From an uncultured Candidatus Saccharibacteria bacterium (lineage in GTDB: Bacteria; Patescibacteriota; Minisyncoccia; Phycocordibacterales; UBA918): a stretch of 64,000 nucleotides of DNA. The notes beneath the pieces were generated by a model. That model searched no databases. It was not told the DNA's origin and worked only from the letters and a program-made list of their open reading frames with translations. The stretch spans positions 169,122 to 233,121 of the forward strand of contig CAYGTV010000002.1 of the NCBI GenBank assembly GCA_964353135.1, given 5' to 3'. How positions within the stretch are numbered: the first letter of the stretch is position 1; every line of letters starts with the position of its first letter. A program made the translations under genes and the position numbers. Shown in pieces: positions 9,534-20,063 of this stretch.

Positions 9534-11129
9534 TTATTTCTTCTCTTCTTCAGTTTCTGGTTCTGCTTGGTCACTAGTATCGTCTACATCCGCTTGTGAT
9601 TCTAGACCGTCAGTCATGTTACCTTCGGCAAAATCTGAGACTTCAACTACTGCTTCACCGAGGGTGCTGTCGTTGGCTTCTGCTTCAGCGAGTTGTTCCT
9701 CTGCTTCTTCGGGAGTGTCGACATCATTTTCTTCAAACGCTCCGTAGGCATCTCGATCCTGGGTTTCTTCTTCGGCTTTGAGAATCTCTTCGATGTCTGG
9801 TTTAGTAGTTGTTGCGTCGTCTTCACCCATTACTTCGTCGTCTGCACCAACCATAGTGTCTGCTGGTGCTTGGAGAGTCACGTCACCATCTGCATCGGCT
9901 TCGGCCAATTCTTCACCGGTGTTGGCTGACATGATGTCGATCTTCCAACCAGTTAGTTTGGCTGCTAGGCGCACGTTTTGTCCGCCTCGTCCGATTGCGA
10001 GTGATTGCTGGTCGCCGGCTACTTCTACTACAGCATGACCACGTTCACCGGCTTCTGCGTTTGGTTCTTGCTCTATCCTGACTTCCATAACCTGAGCAGG
10101 TGAAAGAGCATCTTCGATAAATTCAACTGGCTCTGGTGACCACTCGATGATGTCAATTTTTTCTCCACCTAGCTCACTCATCACAGTTGATACTCGCACT
10201 CCTCGCTGTCCAACTAGTGATCCAACTGGATCAATGTGGGTGTCGGTTGCGTGAACAGCGATTTTAGTTCGAGCTCCAGCTTCACGGGCCACTGATTTTA
10301 CTTCAACTGCACCTGATTGTAGTTCTGGTGCTTCGATAGCAAATAGTTCTACCAGGAAGTCAGCATGAGAACGCGACAGTTTCAGGAAGATTCCTCGTGG
10401 GGTTTCTTCTACCGCAAGCAAGATTGCTCTGATTCGGTCTCCTGGTTTAAATCGTTCACCAGGAATTTGTTCATCGTAGGGCATGATGGCTGTTACTCGG
10501 CCCAAGTCCACGTATAGATTCCCTCGTTCAAACCGTTGTACTTGTCCAACGACGATATCTCCAGCTTTTTGGCCAAACTCCTCTAGGGCTGAGTCTTTTT
10601 CAGCTTCACGGATTTTCTGCATGATCACTTGCTTTGCCGTCTGAGCCGCGATACGACCAAAATCATCCTTTGGTTCTAGTGGAAATACTAGTTCTTCTCC
10701 CAGCACGACACCACTTTTGATCATTTTGGCGGTATCGATCATGATGTGCTTTTCTTCATCGAATCGGACTTTTCCATCCTCATCCTCGACCTCTTCAACT
10801 TCTCGACGGGTTGACCGCCGGTCTTCAGCTTCCTGGACCGCCTTTCTAGCAGCTTCTTCAGCCGCTTCACCAATTAGGTTGCCGTCCTCATCACGCTCTG
10901 GCTCTGGTTTGAGCATACTTTCGTCAACGACGATCTTGATCTGATTAAAGGTAGTTGTACCAGTTTCAATATCAAAGGCACACGTGATGATCTGTCCACG
11001 CTTTCCAAATTCTTTTCGGTAGGCTGTCGCGAGGGCTTCTTCCATCGCTGATAGCATTCGTTCACGTGGAATACCACGCTCTTCTTCCATTTCTCCTAGT
11101 ACGGAGTTAATTACTTTTAGGTCAAACAT
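9534..11129 (-). CDS. nusA: Transcription termination/antitermination factor NusA
   Basis: FGRIAAQTAKQVI, S1 domain, KH motifs VGQRGVRV and AIGRGGQNVRLAAKLTGWKIDI; long acidic tail. Confidence 0.97.
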   Translation of the reverse strand: MFDLKVINSVLGEMEEERGIPRERMLSAMEEALATAYRKEFGKRGQIITCAFDIETGTTTFNQIKIVVDESMLKPEPERDEDGNLIGEAAEEAARKAVQEAEDRRSTRREVEEVEDEDGKVRFDEEKHIMIDTAKMIKSGVVLGEELVFPLEPKDDFGRIAAQTAKQVIMQKIREAEKDSALEEFGQKAGDIVVGQVQRFERGNLYVDLGRVTAIMPYDEQIPGERFKPGDRIRAILLAVEETPRGIFLKLSRSHADFLVELFAIEAPELQSGAVEVKSVAREAGARTKIAVHATDTHIDPVGSLVGQRGVRVSTVMSELGGEKIDIIEWSPEPVEFIEDALSPAQVMEVRIEQEPNAEAGERGHAVVEVAGDQQSLAIGRGGQNVRLAAKLTGWKIDIMSANTGEELAEADADGDVTLQAPADTMVGADDEVMGEDDATTTKPDIEEILKAEEETQDRDAYGAFEENDVDTPEEAEEQLAEAEANDSTLGEAVVEVSDFAEGNMTDGLESQADVDDTSDQAEPETEEEKK

Positions 11130-11333
11130 TGCTATTTTTTATTACGCGAAGCGGAATCCAAAAAATGGTATATCGGGCAAGGCGCAATTTGTCCTAGCGC
11201 TTTTGCCCGATGAAAAGGCATTTTAATTGGTTACGATATATAAATATTCGGCTCCGCAGTTATTAAGTTGTTACTTCTTTCTTATCAAAGACTGCCCGGC
11301 CTTGCAGCCGAGCAGTCAATCACAGATAGCTAG

Positions 11334-11362
11334 AGTATATCCCTCAGTCTATGGTTAGTCAA
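11334..11362 (-). promoter_or_regulatory. Sigma70-type promoter of nusA
   Basis: TTGACT-17-TATACT on the minus strand. Confidence 0.7.
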
Positions 11363-11372
11363 AGCATAAACA

Positions 11373-11400
11373 TTGACTTTTCCTTAAAATTATGTATAAT
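11373..11400 (+). promoter_or_regulatory. Sigma70-type promoter (divergent)
   Basis: TTGACT-16-TATAAT. Confidence 0.7.
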
Positions 11401-11459
11401 ATGAAATGGAAGATCGGCGCACTAACGCAGTCGATCACTACATAGAGGAAGACAGTACC

Positions 11460-12158
11460 ATGAAATTTCTAAAAAAATTAGCAGCGATACTCTCGCTCTC
11501 CCCGCTTGTTATCGTCCCAATTTGGGGCGCTGTCCAAATCAGTCAAGCATCAGCTGAGTCAATTCAAGTCGAAGTTGATTCTGATTATGCCAATCTGGCA
11601 GCTGATGCTGAGTACGATTTAATCCAAGCTCAACGTGAGCTGTATGCGTTCCGTGATCGTGGCGATGAGTATGTCCTGATCAAGCAGGCGATCATCGAAG
11701 AGATCGGTGCCCATCCAGACGAGTGGGAATTGGTGTTTGCCGCCATTGTGGTTGGCCGGGTTGAATCTGAACTGTTTACTCCCGATACCGTCGAAGGCAT
11801 TTTGAAGCAAAAGTTTGGAAGCTACTGGCAGTTCAGTTATATGGGTGACAAGATTCATCCGATGATTACTGACGAACTCGGTGATCGGGTTGATGCTGTG
11901 ATGCAACCGCTGTGGGTCGCTTATGTGCACGGCGAGTATGTCTCGCCGATTGCTGGTCTGCACTCGTTTTGTGTGGCAGCTGCCTGTGATGGTGAGAAGG
12001 CTAAACAATGGTTTGGCCGTCTGCAGTTGTGCGCCACAATGGATGGTCACGAGTACTACTGTGGTGAACCTCAGTACTACGCTCCGACAACATCTGTGCG
12101 CCCAACCAGCCGCTCAACCCCTGATCCATTGATCTTGGCGTTGATGGAAGCGAATTAA
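11460..12158 (+). CDS. Cell wall hydrolase, SleB/CwlJ (Hydrolase_2)-like, with N-terminal membrane anchor
   Basis: IIEEIG...VVGRVESELFTPDTVEGILKQ....QFSY...GHEYY resembles the SleB catalytic domain; start after GAGGA. Confidence 0.6.
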   Translation: MKFLKKLAAILSLSPLVIVPIWGAVQISQASAESIQVEVDSDYANLAADAEYDLIQAQRELYAFRDRGDEYVLIKQAIIEEIGAHPDEWELVFAAIVVGRVESELFTPDTVEGILKQKFGSYWQFSYMGDKIHPMITDELGDRVDAVMQPLWVAYVHGEYVSPIAGLHSFCVAAACDGEKAKQWFGRLQLCATMDGHEYYCGEPQYYAPTTSVRPTSRSTPDPLILALMEAN

Positions 12159-12308
12159 GAATTAAAAAGGCGGAACCTTCGGGATCCGCCTTTTTTGCTG
12201 CTCGGGTTTGTGTATGGGCGGAAGTCCTGCAAGCAGCCAGGTGCTATAATTCAAGAAACAACTGGAGGTAGTTCTTGTCTGTGGTTCCCACTTGTTCATT
12301 TATATAAT

Positions 12309-14060
12309 ATGCGTATTAAAGACGAACAACTTAAACGATTTATTCTCGATGCGGGATTAATTACTAAATCGGCTATTGCCGAGTCTGAAAAGGTAGCCAA
12401 AGAAGAAGGGCGTACACTGGCCGAAGCTATGATGGCCCAAGGAGTAATGAGTGAAGACGATCTCCGTCGAGTTGAAGCATACGTACTGGGAATCCCGTTT
12501 GTGTCCCTCAAAGAAATGAAGATTGATTTTGAAACACTTACAATGATCCCCGAGCCAGTAGCGCGCACCCACAACATTATTGCCTACAAAAAAAGTGACG
12601 ACACCCTCGAGGTAGCGATGCTCGATACGGCTGACCTGCCAGCGATTGATTTTGTAAAGAAAAAAGTTGGGCTGAAAATTCAGCCCCGACTGACAGACAC
12701 TGAATCAATGCGCGCTGCATTACGTCAGTATCAAAAAACCCTCAAGGATGAGTTTGGTGATTTGATCAGCAAAGACGCGGCTCAATTAAAGGTTCTGGCT
12801 GAAGAAAATGGCCAAGAAGTGAGCGAGGCTGATCTCAAAAAGGCGGCTGAAGACCTGCCAGTGGTGCGCATTGTCGATACTCTGTTGCGTCACGCCATCA
12901 TGCAGGGAGCGTCTGACATCCACATTGAACCAATGGAAGAAGAAGTATTGGTGCGATACCGAACCGACGGTATTTTGCATGACGCGATGAAGCTACCAAA
13001 AATAGCTGCCGGGAGTGTTGTAGCTAGATTAAAAGTGCTTTCTAATCTGAAACTCGACCAGAAACGTTTGCCGCAGGACGGCCGTTTCAAAATGGAAATG
13101 GACGGTCAAAAAGTAGCCTTTCGTGTTTCCATGCTGCCAGTATTTTACGGTGAAAAAGTGGTGATGCGTTTGTTGCGGGAGAACCGCAGTGGTTTCTCAC
13201 TTGAGGGGATTGGGTTCCACGGTAGTACCCTCGAACGAATCCACAAAGCCACTCGAGCAACTACGGGGATCATCCTGGTGACAGGGCCGACTGGTTCTGG
13301 TAAATCAACCACACTGTACACAGTGCTGGACCTTTTAAATACACCAGAGGTAAACATTTCAACCATCGAAGACCCAATTGAGTACCAAATGCCACGGGTT
13401 AATCAGTCACAAGTAAAACCGGAAATTGGTTTCACGTTTGCTGCTGGTCTGCGGTCCCTCATGCGTCAGGATCCTGATGTGATCATGGTAGGGGAAATCC
13501 GTGATGAAGAGACAGCTAGTCTCGCGATTAACGCATCGCTTACTGGACACCTCGTGCTTGCTACCATCCACACCAACTCTGCGGCTGGAACTATCGCTCG
13601 ACTGGTGGACATGGGGGCCGAGACGTTCTTGCTTGTGTCAACACTACGGGTGGCAATTGGTCAGCGGTTGGTTCGACGTTTGGCTGACGATAAAATTCAA
13701 CACACCCTGACCAAAGCGGAGCAAGACGAACTGGCTACAAAGATTAATATGGATTTTGTCCTGTCTAACCTCAAGCAGGAAAATATTGTTGATGCAAAAG
13801 CTACCTGGAACACTATCCCATTCTACAAACCAAAAGAAAAAGGCGAAACTGAGGACGGGTATGCTGGGCGAATGGGTATTCATGAAGTGCTCGAGATCTC
13901 ACCGACTTTGAAAGAGATGGTGATGCAAGGGAAAACTGGTGACGAAGTAGAGGCCCAAGCCCGCCAAGAGGGTATGTTGACGATGCTAGAGGATGGTATC
14001 TTTAAAGCAGCCCAAGGGATGACCAGTATCGAGGAGGTGTTACGAGTAATCAACGAATAG
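12309..14060 (+). CDS. pilB: Type IV pilus assembly ATPase (PilB/GspE)
   Basis: ASDIHIEP, RLPQDGR, Walker A GPTGSGKST, EDPIEY, RQDPDVIMVGEIRD, TGHLVLATIHTN. Confidence 0.93.
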   Translation: MRIKDEQLKRFILDAGLITKSAIAESEKVAKEEGRTLAEAMMAQGVMSEDDLRRVEAYVLGIPFVSLKEMKIDFETLTMIPEPVARTHNIIAYKKSDDTLEVAMLDTADLPAIDFVKKKVGLKIQPRLTDTESMRAALRQYQKTLKDEFGDLISKDAAQLKVLAEENGQEVSEADLKKAAEDLPVVRIVDTLLRHAIMQGASDIHIEPMEEEVLVRYRTDGILHDAMKLPKIAAGSVVARLKVLSNLKLDQKRLPQDGRFKMEMDGQKVAFRVSMLPVFYGEKVVMRLLRENRSGFSLEGIGFHGSTLERIHKATRATTGIILVTGPTGSGKSTTLYTVLDLLNTPEVNISTIEDPIEYQMPRVNQSQVKPEIGFTFAAGLRSLMRQDPDVIMVGEIRDEETASLAINASLTGHLVLATIHTNSAAGTIARLVDMGAETFLLVSTLRVAIGQRLVRRLADDKIQHTLTKAEQDELATKINMDFVLSNLKQENIVDAKATWNTIPFYKPKEKGETEDGYAGRMGIHEVLEISPTLKEMVMQGKTGDEVEAQARQEGMLTMLEDGIFKAAQGMTSIEEVLRVINE

Positions 14061-14061
14061 C

Positions 14062-15288
14062 ATGCCAAAATTCACCTATACAGGAGCAGACAGCGAAGGG
14101 GTTCCAGTTGAACGCACTGTTGATGCGGCTGATCGTTTTGCGGTGTATGCAATTGCCAGAACTGAGGGGCACACAGTCTCAAAAGTAGAGTCAGCCTCGT
14201 CGTTTTCTCTAAAGAATGCCTTTAACATGGACGCGATCAACGAAAAGTTGAGTCGGGTAAAAGGAGACGAGTTAGTGATGGTAACGCGCAACCTGGGGTC
14301 AATGATCACCGCTGGTTTGACCGTGTCGCGGGCGCTTGATGTTATCAAACGACAGACTAAAAACCCTAAACTTAAAGCCGTAGTGACGTCAATGGTGGCT
14401 GACATAAACAAAGGTGATTCGTTTTACGAGGCCCTAAAGAAATTCCCAAAAGTTTTCAATGATTTATACATTGCGATGGTGCGGGCAGGGGAAGAGAGTG
14501 GAAACTTGTCTGAAACACTGCAGACACTAGCAATCCAAATGGATAAAACCAACACCCTGAAAAAGAAAATCAAGGGGGCGATGATTTATCCATCAATTGT
14601 GATTTGTGTGATGGTGGTGATTGGTATTTTGATGATGATTTTTGTGATGCCGCAGATCACTAGTGTGTTTGCAAATATGGGGACCGATCTCCCGGCGACT
14701 ACCCAGTTCCTGATTGCAATGAGTGATTTCTTGGTCAACTACACGTTTTTGGCTATTGGAGGGATGTTGGCTGGTATAGCTGCAATTGTGTATGCTCTAA
14801 AAACTACATACGGAAAGATAGCTACATCATGGATTATTCCAAAACTACCAGTGATCGGTGCTCTCGCCAAAGAAACCAACGCAGCCAGAACAGCTCGGAC
14901 GCTTTCTTCGCTACTAGATTCGGGAGTAGATGTGTTGCAAGCAATTGAAATCACTGAGGAAGTACTACAAAACGTCTTCTACAAACAAATCCTAGCAGAA
15001 GCAGCCCTTAGAGTAGAAAAGGGAACAGCCTTGTCGGAAGTTTTTATTGAACGAAATGATTTGTATCCAATTTTGGTAGGAGAGATGATTTTGGTAGGAG
15101 AGGAGACCGGTCAGATTGCCGGCATGCTTGGGGAGTTGGCCCTATTTTATGAAAACGAAGTAGAGCGAAAAACCAAAGACCTTTCAACCATTATCGAACC
15201 ATTGTTGATGGTGGTAATTGGTGCATCGGTTGGGTTCTTTGCTCTCGCGTTGATTGCCCCGATATACTCAATTGGAGATTCTATCTAA
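14062..15288 (+). CDS. pilC: Type IV pilus platform protein (PilC/GspF)
   Basis: AGEESGNL, KIKGAMIYP, VGEETG, IIEP; follows pilB. Confidence 0.93.
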   Translation: MPKFTYTGADSEGVPVERTVDAADRFAVYAIARTEGHTVSKVESASSFSLKNAFNMDAINEKLSRVKGDELVMVTRNLGSMITAGLTVSRALDVIKRQTKNPKLKAVVTSMVADINKGDSFYEALKKFPKVFNDLYIAMVRAGEESGNLSETLQTLAIQMDKTNTLKKKIKGAMIYPSIVICVMVVIGILMMIFVMPQITSVFANMGTDLPATTQFLIAMSDFLVNYTFLAIGGMLAGIAAIVYALKTTYGKIATSWIIPKLPVIGALAKETNAARTARTLSSLLDSGVDVLQAIEITEEVLQNVFYKQILAEAALRVEKGTALSEVFIERNDLYPILVGEMILVGEETGQIAGMLGELALFYENEVERKTKDLSTIIEPLLMVVIGASVGFFALALIAPIYSIGDSI

Positions 15289-15290
15289 TT

Positions 15291-17054
15291 ATGTACAGAT
15301 ACCCGAACACAAAACAATCAGGCATGCTCTTTGTAGAGTTGATTGTTGTGTCTGCCATCTCGGTACTGATTTTTGGTGCATTGTTTGTTTCTTTTCAATT
15401 CACCGTCGAATTAATCGCAACTACAAGAGCAAAACTCAGTGCGCTTTCACTAGCAAACGATCGAATGGAGTTTTTTCGTTCACTACCATACGATGACGTT
15501 GGAGTAGTTGCAGGTTTTCCAGCCGGAACGGTACCGCAGACGAGTACAACAACGTTGAACGGGATTGAGTTTGTCGAACGAGTGCGTATTGATTACGTGA
15601 ACGATCCTGCTGATGACACCGCAGGAGTTGATGATAATGGAATTATCACTGACTATAAACAGATTAGATTAGAATATAATTGGAATGTTGATGGTAATCC
15701 AAACAGCCTGTCTTTAACCAGTTACATTGTCCCTCGTTCGGTCGAATCAAATGTGGGTGGGGGTACAGTCCGAATCCAAGTATTGGATGCTGACAGTACC
15801 CCACTCCAGGGTGCATCTGTAAGACTGTTTACTTCTAGTACTACGTTTTCATACGATGTGACCAACCCTACAACTGCGGCAGGAGCTGCGCTGTTTGCGG
15901 TTCCTGCTGATAGTGGGTACCAAGTAGAAGTCAGTGCAAACATTGCCGGAGCCCTATACTCAACCAGTAGCACGTATGTTCCATCAACCGCCAATCCAAA
16001 TCCAGTAGTTGGTCCGTTTGCGGTGCTCGAAGCAGATGTGTCCACTCTAACATTCCAGATCGGTGAGTTGAGCGATCTGACACTACAGGTACGTAGCGAC
16101 ATAGTAGAAAACTCACTGTTGGAAGAATTTAATAATGCGTCAGGCATCGCTTCATCAACTGGTTCAACCACTGTATCTGGCGGAGATCTTGTTTTGCAAG
16201 ATACGTTTGGTGTATATGAAAACACTGGTGATATATTTTTGAATCCAATCGCACCTGTAACGATAGAAAAATGGGAAGTCATTCGGCTGGTCACAGACAC
16301 GCCGATTGGGACCAATTATGTCGTACGACTATACACTGGTGACGCATTGACTGCCTACACACCTATCCCGGATGCTGACTTGGCAGGGAATAGTGTCGGA
16401 TTCACTGACAACTTGATTGATGTTAGTCGGCTTGATGTAGTGACATATCCATCAGTTGTTGTCGGGCTGTCTCTCGCGACTACTGATACCAGCGAGACTC
16501 CCGAGATCGATGAGATCGAGGTGTACTGGCGAGAAAGTGCGACTGATCGGACATCATTTAGTATGGATATAACCGGTGACAAAATCATAGGCACGAGTTC
16601 AACCTCTGCTCCTATTTCCAAAGCTACTAGTACAGAAACCACTAACAGCTCTGGTTCGGTTACGATTGATGACCTAGAATTTGATATTTACCGAGTAGCA
16701 CCCAGCGGTTCACTCGACCTAGCATCGGCTTGTCCAGCCTACCCAATCAACCATAGGGCAGGAGTCGATAGTGTTGTTGAATTACTCTATGTACCAAATG
16801 CTGTAGATACACTCAGGGTGGTGGTGACTGACGTGCTCGGTCGAGCGATTCCAGGTGCAACCGTTCAGTTGGAGCGAAGTGGGTACAATGTTACACAGAC
16901 GACCAGTACCTGCGGTCAGACATTTTTCTCAGGCGGACTGACTGACAATACTGACTATGAACTAACGGTGTCGGCTCCAGGTTTCACGAGTGAATCGGTC
17001 GATCCTCTCACAGTTTCTGGTGACACGACTAATACGATAACTTTGACGCTATGA
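15291..17054 (+). CDS. Large prepilin-like protein with carboxypeptidase-regulatory-like Ig domains
   Basis: Class III signal KQSG|MLFVELIVV; beta-rich repeats (PLQGASVRL, AIPGATVQL, YELTVSAPGF). Confidence 0.8.
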   Translation: MYRYPNTKQSGMLFVELIVVSAISVLIFGALFVSFQFTVELIATTRAKLSALSLANDRMEFFRSLPYDDVGVVAGFPAGTVPQTSTTTLNGIEFVERVRIDYVNDPADDTAGVDDNGIITDYKQIRLEYNWNVDGNPNSLSLTSYIVPRSVESNVGGGTVRIQVLDADSTPLQGASVRLFTSSTTFSYDVTNPTTAAGAALFAVPADSGYQVEVSANIAGALYSTSSTYVPSTANPNPVVGPFAVLEADVSTLTFQIGELSDLTLQVRSDIVENSLLEEFNNASGIASSTGSTTVSGGDLVLQDTFGVYENTGDIFLNPIAPVTIEKWEVIRLVTDTPIGTNYVVRLYTGDALTAYTPIPDADLAGNSVGFTDNLIDVSRLDVVTYPSVVVGLSLATTDTSETPEIDEIEVYWRESATDRTSFSMDITGDKIIGTSSTSAPISKATSTETTNSSGSVTIDDLEFDIYRVAPSGSLDLASACPAYPINHRAGVDSVVELLYVPNAVDTLRVVVTDVLGRAIPGATVQLERSGYNVTQTTSTCGQTFFSGGLTDNTDYELTVSAPGFTSESVDPLTVSGDTTNTITLTL

Positions 17055-17659
17055 TACAGCGCAAACTAACAGCCGGTATGACGTTAATGGAAACAATGAT
17101 TGCTATTGGTATTTACGTTGTGCTTATGTTGGCGATCTTTTCCAGTATCACTTCTTTGTATCGCTATAATGCATATTCGATAGAACAGTCAGGCGAAGTC
17201 GACAATGCCAGGCGAGGGATTACCCAATGGAATCGAGACGTAAAAGAAATGACGACAGCCGAAGACGGAACCTGGCCAATTGCCGTGATTGAACCACACC
17301 GATTGGGATACTATAGTGACACCGATCGTGACGACAGAGTGGAATACGTTGAATATATATTAGCTACTACAACTATTACAAAATACACCTACAATCCATC
17401 AGGGTCACCAGTCAGTTATGATCTGACCTCACCGGACTCTGCAGAGATTCTTTCTGAGTATGTCCAAAATATCGGACAAGCAACGTCGACGTTCTTTTAT
17501 TTTGATACAAACGGCAACGCACTCTCGTCAACGTCACCTATCATTGATGTTCGATACATCAAGGCTCAAATCATTGTAAATATTGACCCTGAACGCAATC
17601 CTGGAGAATTCATGCTTAGGTCGAGTTTGGCACCGCGTAACCTAAAAGATAACCTATAA
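17051..17659 (+). CDS. Minor pilin (PilW/PulJ-like)
   Basis: TAG|MTLMETMIAI with Glu at +5; overlaps the upstream stop (ATGA). Confidence 0.8.
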   Translation: MIQRKLTAGMTLMETMIAIGIYVVLMLAIFSSITSLYRYNAYSIEQSGEVDNARRGITQWNRDVKEMTTAEDGTWPIAVIEPHRLGYYSDTDRDDRVEYVEYILATTTITKYTYNPSGSPVSYDLTSPDSAEILSEYVQNIGQATSTFFYFDTNGNALSSTSPIIDVRYIKAQIIVNIDPERNPGEFMLRSSLAPRNLKDNL

Positions 17660-17666
17660 TAATAAT

Positions 17667-19043
17667 ATGTTAACGAACGATCGTACATCTAACAAACAGG
17701 CTGGGCAGTTACTTGTGTTGGTTTTGGTATTTGGTGCGATCTTTTTGATTATCATCACATCGTTTATTAGCTCTGTGGTGTCACAAGCACGAGCGGTTGA
17801 TGTTCGATTTGAGCAGCAACGCGCAACAGAAATTGCAGAAGCCGGACTCAATTACTACAAGTGGTATCTAGCTCATTTTCCTGGCGATGCTTCAGGTGGT
17901 GGAATCTATACCTACACAGATCCAGAAGACGGTCCAATTGGTGAGTATGAACTAACTATCAATAGTAGCTCGTATTGTGGTGAGGTGGCGTCGATGGAGG
18001 TAATTTCAAGAGGGTATACCTTTGATAACTCTGCTGCGCAAGCAATCGTGAGTGCTGTGTACCGACGACCCACAATTGCTGAATACTCATTTATAAGTAA
18101 TGCTGGAGTTTGGTACGGAGACTCTCGAGTGATCACTGGACCAGTACATGGAAACCAGGGAGTGAGAATGGATGGAACACATAACTCGTTTGTTGGTGCT
18201 GGCGTTGCGACGTATGAAGGAAACGGTGGGGTGTATACAACTACAGCCAACGCAACTCCAGGGTTATTCCAGTACCCAATATCGCCTATCGACTTTACTG
18301 GACTAACCATCGATTTAGCTCAAATGCGAACCAGTGCTCAAGCTGATGGGATTTATTACGGACCAACCAGTGATTGGGGATACCGGGTGGTTTTCAATGG
18401 TAATGATACAGTTGATATCTTTCGAGTGACCGGCACACAGGATTACCGTTCTTTCTCATCATCAGAAGGTACCCATTGGGGAGAACGAAACGATATAACA
18501 AGCAATGTGCAAATTGCTAATAATCTAGCGATAGATCCTGATTGCCCGGTACTTTTTTTTGAAGACAAGGTATGGATTGAAGGAGCTGTAAGCGGCAAAG
18601 TGGCAGTAGCAGCAGGTCTCAACAGTAGTAATTTACAAAATAATATCGTAATTCATGATGATGTTACCTATGTAGCCGGAACGGATGCTGGATTAGTTGC
18701 AATTGCTGAAGACGATGTTGATGTGGGGATCGATGTGCCAAACAATATGATTGCCAACGGTATTTACATTGCCCAAAATGGGCGGTTTGGTCGGAACCAT
18801 TACACAACTGGAAACTTACCAAACAGCCTAGATCCTTTTGTGTCGCGCGATAGTCTCACTCGTCTTGGATCAGTAGTGTCAAATCAGCGCGGTGGGACTG
18901 AGTGGTCAAGCAGTGGTTCACACATATCAGGGTTTCGCAGTCGGACTACTTCATTCGACAGAGATCAAGTAGATAATCCTCCACCGCTCACGCCAGAAAC
19001 GTCCGATGTATATGAATTGCAGGATTGGCGATCGGAGGGGTAA
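17667..19043 (+). CDS. PilX-like minor pilin
   Basis: QAG|QLLVLVLV lacking Glu5, and IAEAGL motif. Confidence 0.75.
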   Translation: MLTNDRTSNKQAGQLLVLVLVFGAIFLIIITSFISSVVSQARAVDVRFEQQRATEIAEAGLNYYKWYLAHFPGDASGGGIYTYTDPEDGPIGEYELTINSSSYCGEVASMEVISRGYTFDNSAAQAIVSAVYRRPTIAEYSFISNAGVWYGDSRVITGPVHGNQGVRMDGTHNSFVGAGVATYEGNGGVYTTTANATPGLFQYPISPIDFTGLTIDLAQMRTSAQADGIYYGPTSDWGYRVVFNGNDTVDIFRVTGTQDYRSFSSSEGTHWGERNDITSNVQIANNLAIDPDCPVLFFEDKVWIEGAVSGKVAVAAGLNSSNLQNNIVIHDDVTYVAGTDAGLVAIAEDDVDVGIDVPNNMIANGIYIAQNGRFGRNHYTTGNLPNSLDPFVSRDSLTRLGSVVSNQRGGTEWSSSGSHISGFRSRTTSFDRDQVDNPPPLTPETSDVYELQDWRSEG

Positions 19044-19292
19044 TAAGTGACCTGCGTCACTTATTACGCGACTTTCGGTGAGTGAAAGTGGTCGTTGTGA
19101 AGCGAACAGACCAAGTTGGGACCCAGTTTTGTATACACCTTCCTGTGCCGCGCACTCTTCTACTCACCACGATTGGTTTTGTAAAACCCTGGATAACTTT
19201 ACATCTAGATATGTTGCTAAGTAGGTATGTATGACGAAAGAAATATCAAAGCTGGCATAATTTGATTTGTTACCATGCTACACTTTTCTTGT

Positions 19293-20051
19293 ATGAAAAA
19301 AACCATCCCTTTGATTGCCGGTAACTGGAAATGCAATCCAAAAACAGAAAAGGAAGCAATCAAACTAGCAGCCGAGACAAGTAAATTATTTAAAAAAGCT
19401 GATTTCCCGTATGTAGCCATTGCCCCAACTGCACTACACAGTTCTGCTGTAGCGAAACACACTGCTGGTAGCCCTATTATGCTAATGGCGCAAAATGTCT
19501 CACCGTTCACAGTCGGTGCTCACACCGGTGAGCAGTCAGCCGCCCAACTAAAAGATTGTTCTGTCGAGCTGGTGATTATTGGTCACTCAGAACGGCGAGC
19601 AGCTGGAGAAACGGACGCAGAAGTATTGGCTAAAACGCAGGCGGTCCTGGCCGCAAAACTAATTCCGGTTGTTTGTATTGGTGAATTAAAGCGTGACCGA
19701 AACGGCCATTTCTTTAAAGAAGTTGAAAAACAAATCCGAAGCTTTGCAGCTGAACTTACTCCCGCACAACTAAAAAAAGTAGTCATTGCATACGAACCAA
19801 TCTGGGCGATTGGTACTGGCAAAACAGCCACAGCAGATGATGTCAAAGAGATGCAAATTTTCATTGAAAGTATCCTAACCAAGGTACACGACCGAAAGAC
19901 TGCCCAGTCAGTACGGTTGATCTACGGGGGAAGCGTCAAGCCACACAACGCCGCAGAACTACACACAGTTGGAGGAATGAACGGCTTCCTGGTTGGGGGT
20001 GCGAGCCTCAAAGCCGCCGACTTTATTGCGATTACAAAAGCCGTTATCTAA
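19293..20051 (+). CDS. tpiA: Triosephosphate isomerase
   Basis: AGNWK, GHSERR, AYEPIWAIGTG, YGGSVK, FLVGGASL. Confidence 0.98.
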   Translation: MKKTIPLIAGNWKCNPKTEKEAIKLAAETSKLFKKADFPYVAIAPTALHSSAVAKHTAGSPIMLMAQNVSPFTVGAHTGEQSAAQLKDCSVELVIIGHSERRAAGETDAEVLAKTQAVLAAKLIPVVCIGELKRDRNGHFFKEVEKQIRSFAAELTPAQLKKVVIAYEPIWAIGTGKTATADDVKEMQIFIESILTKVHDRKTAQSVRLIYGGSVKPHNAAELHTVGGMNGFLVGGASLKAADFIAITKAVI

Positions 20052-20063
20052 TTACTACGTAGT

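Noticed and set aside
15444-15453. 10-nt complement (ctttcactag) of the RNA copy 1 loop in the large pilin gene
   Set aside because: A 10-mer match is expected by chance in a window of this size.
19041-19096. Two short hairpins after the PilX-like gene as a separate ncRNA
   Set aside because: Adequately explained as 3' end structures of the pilus operon; no other support.
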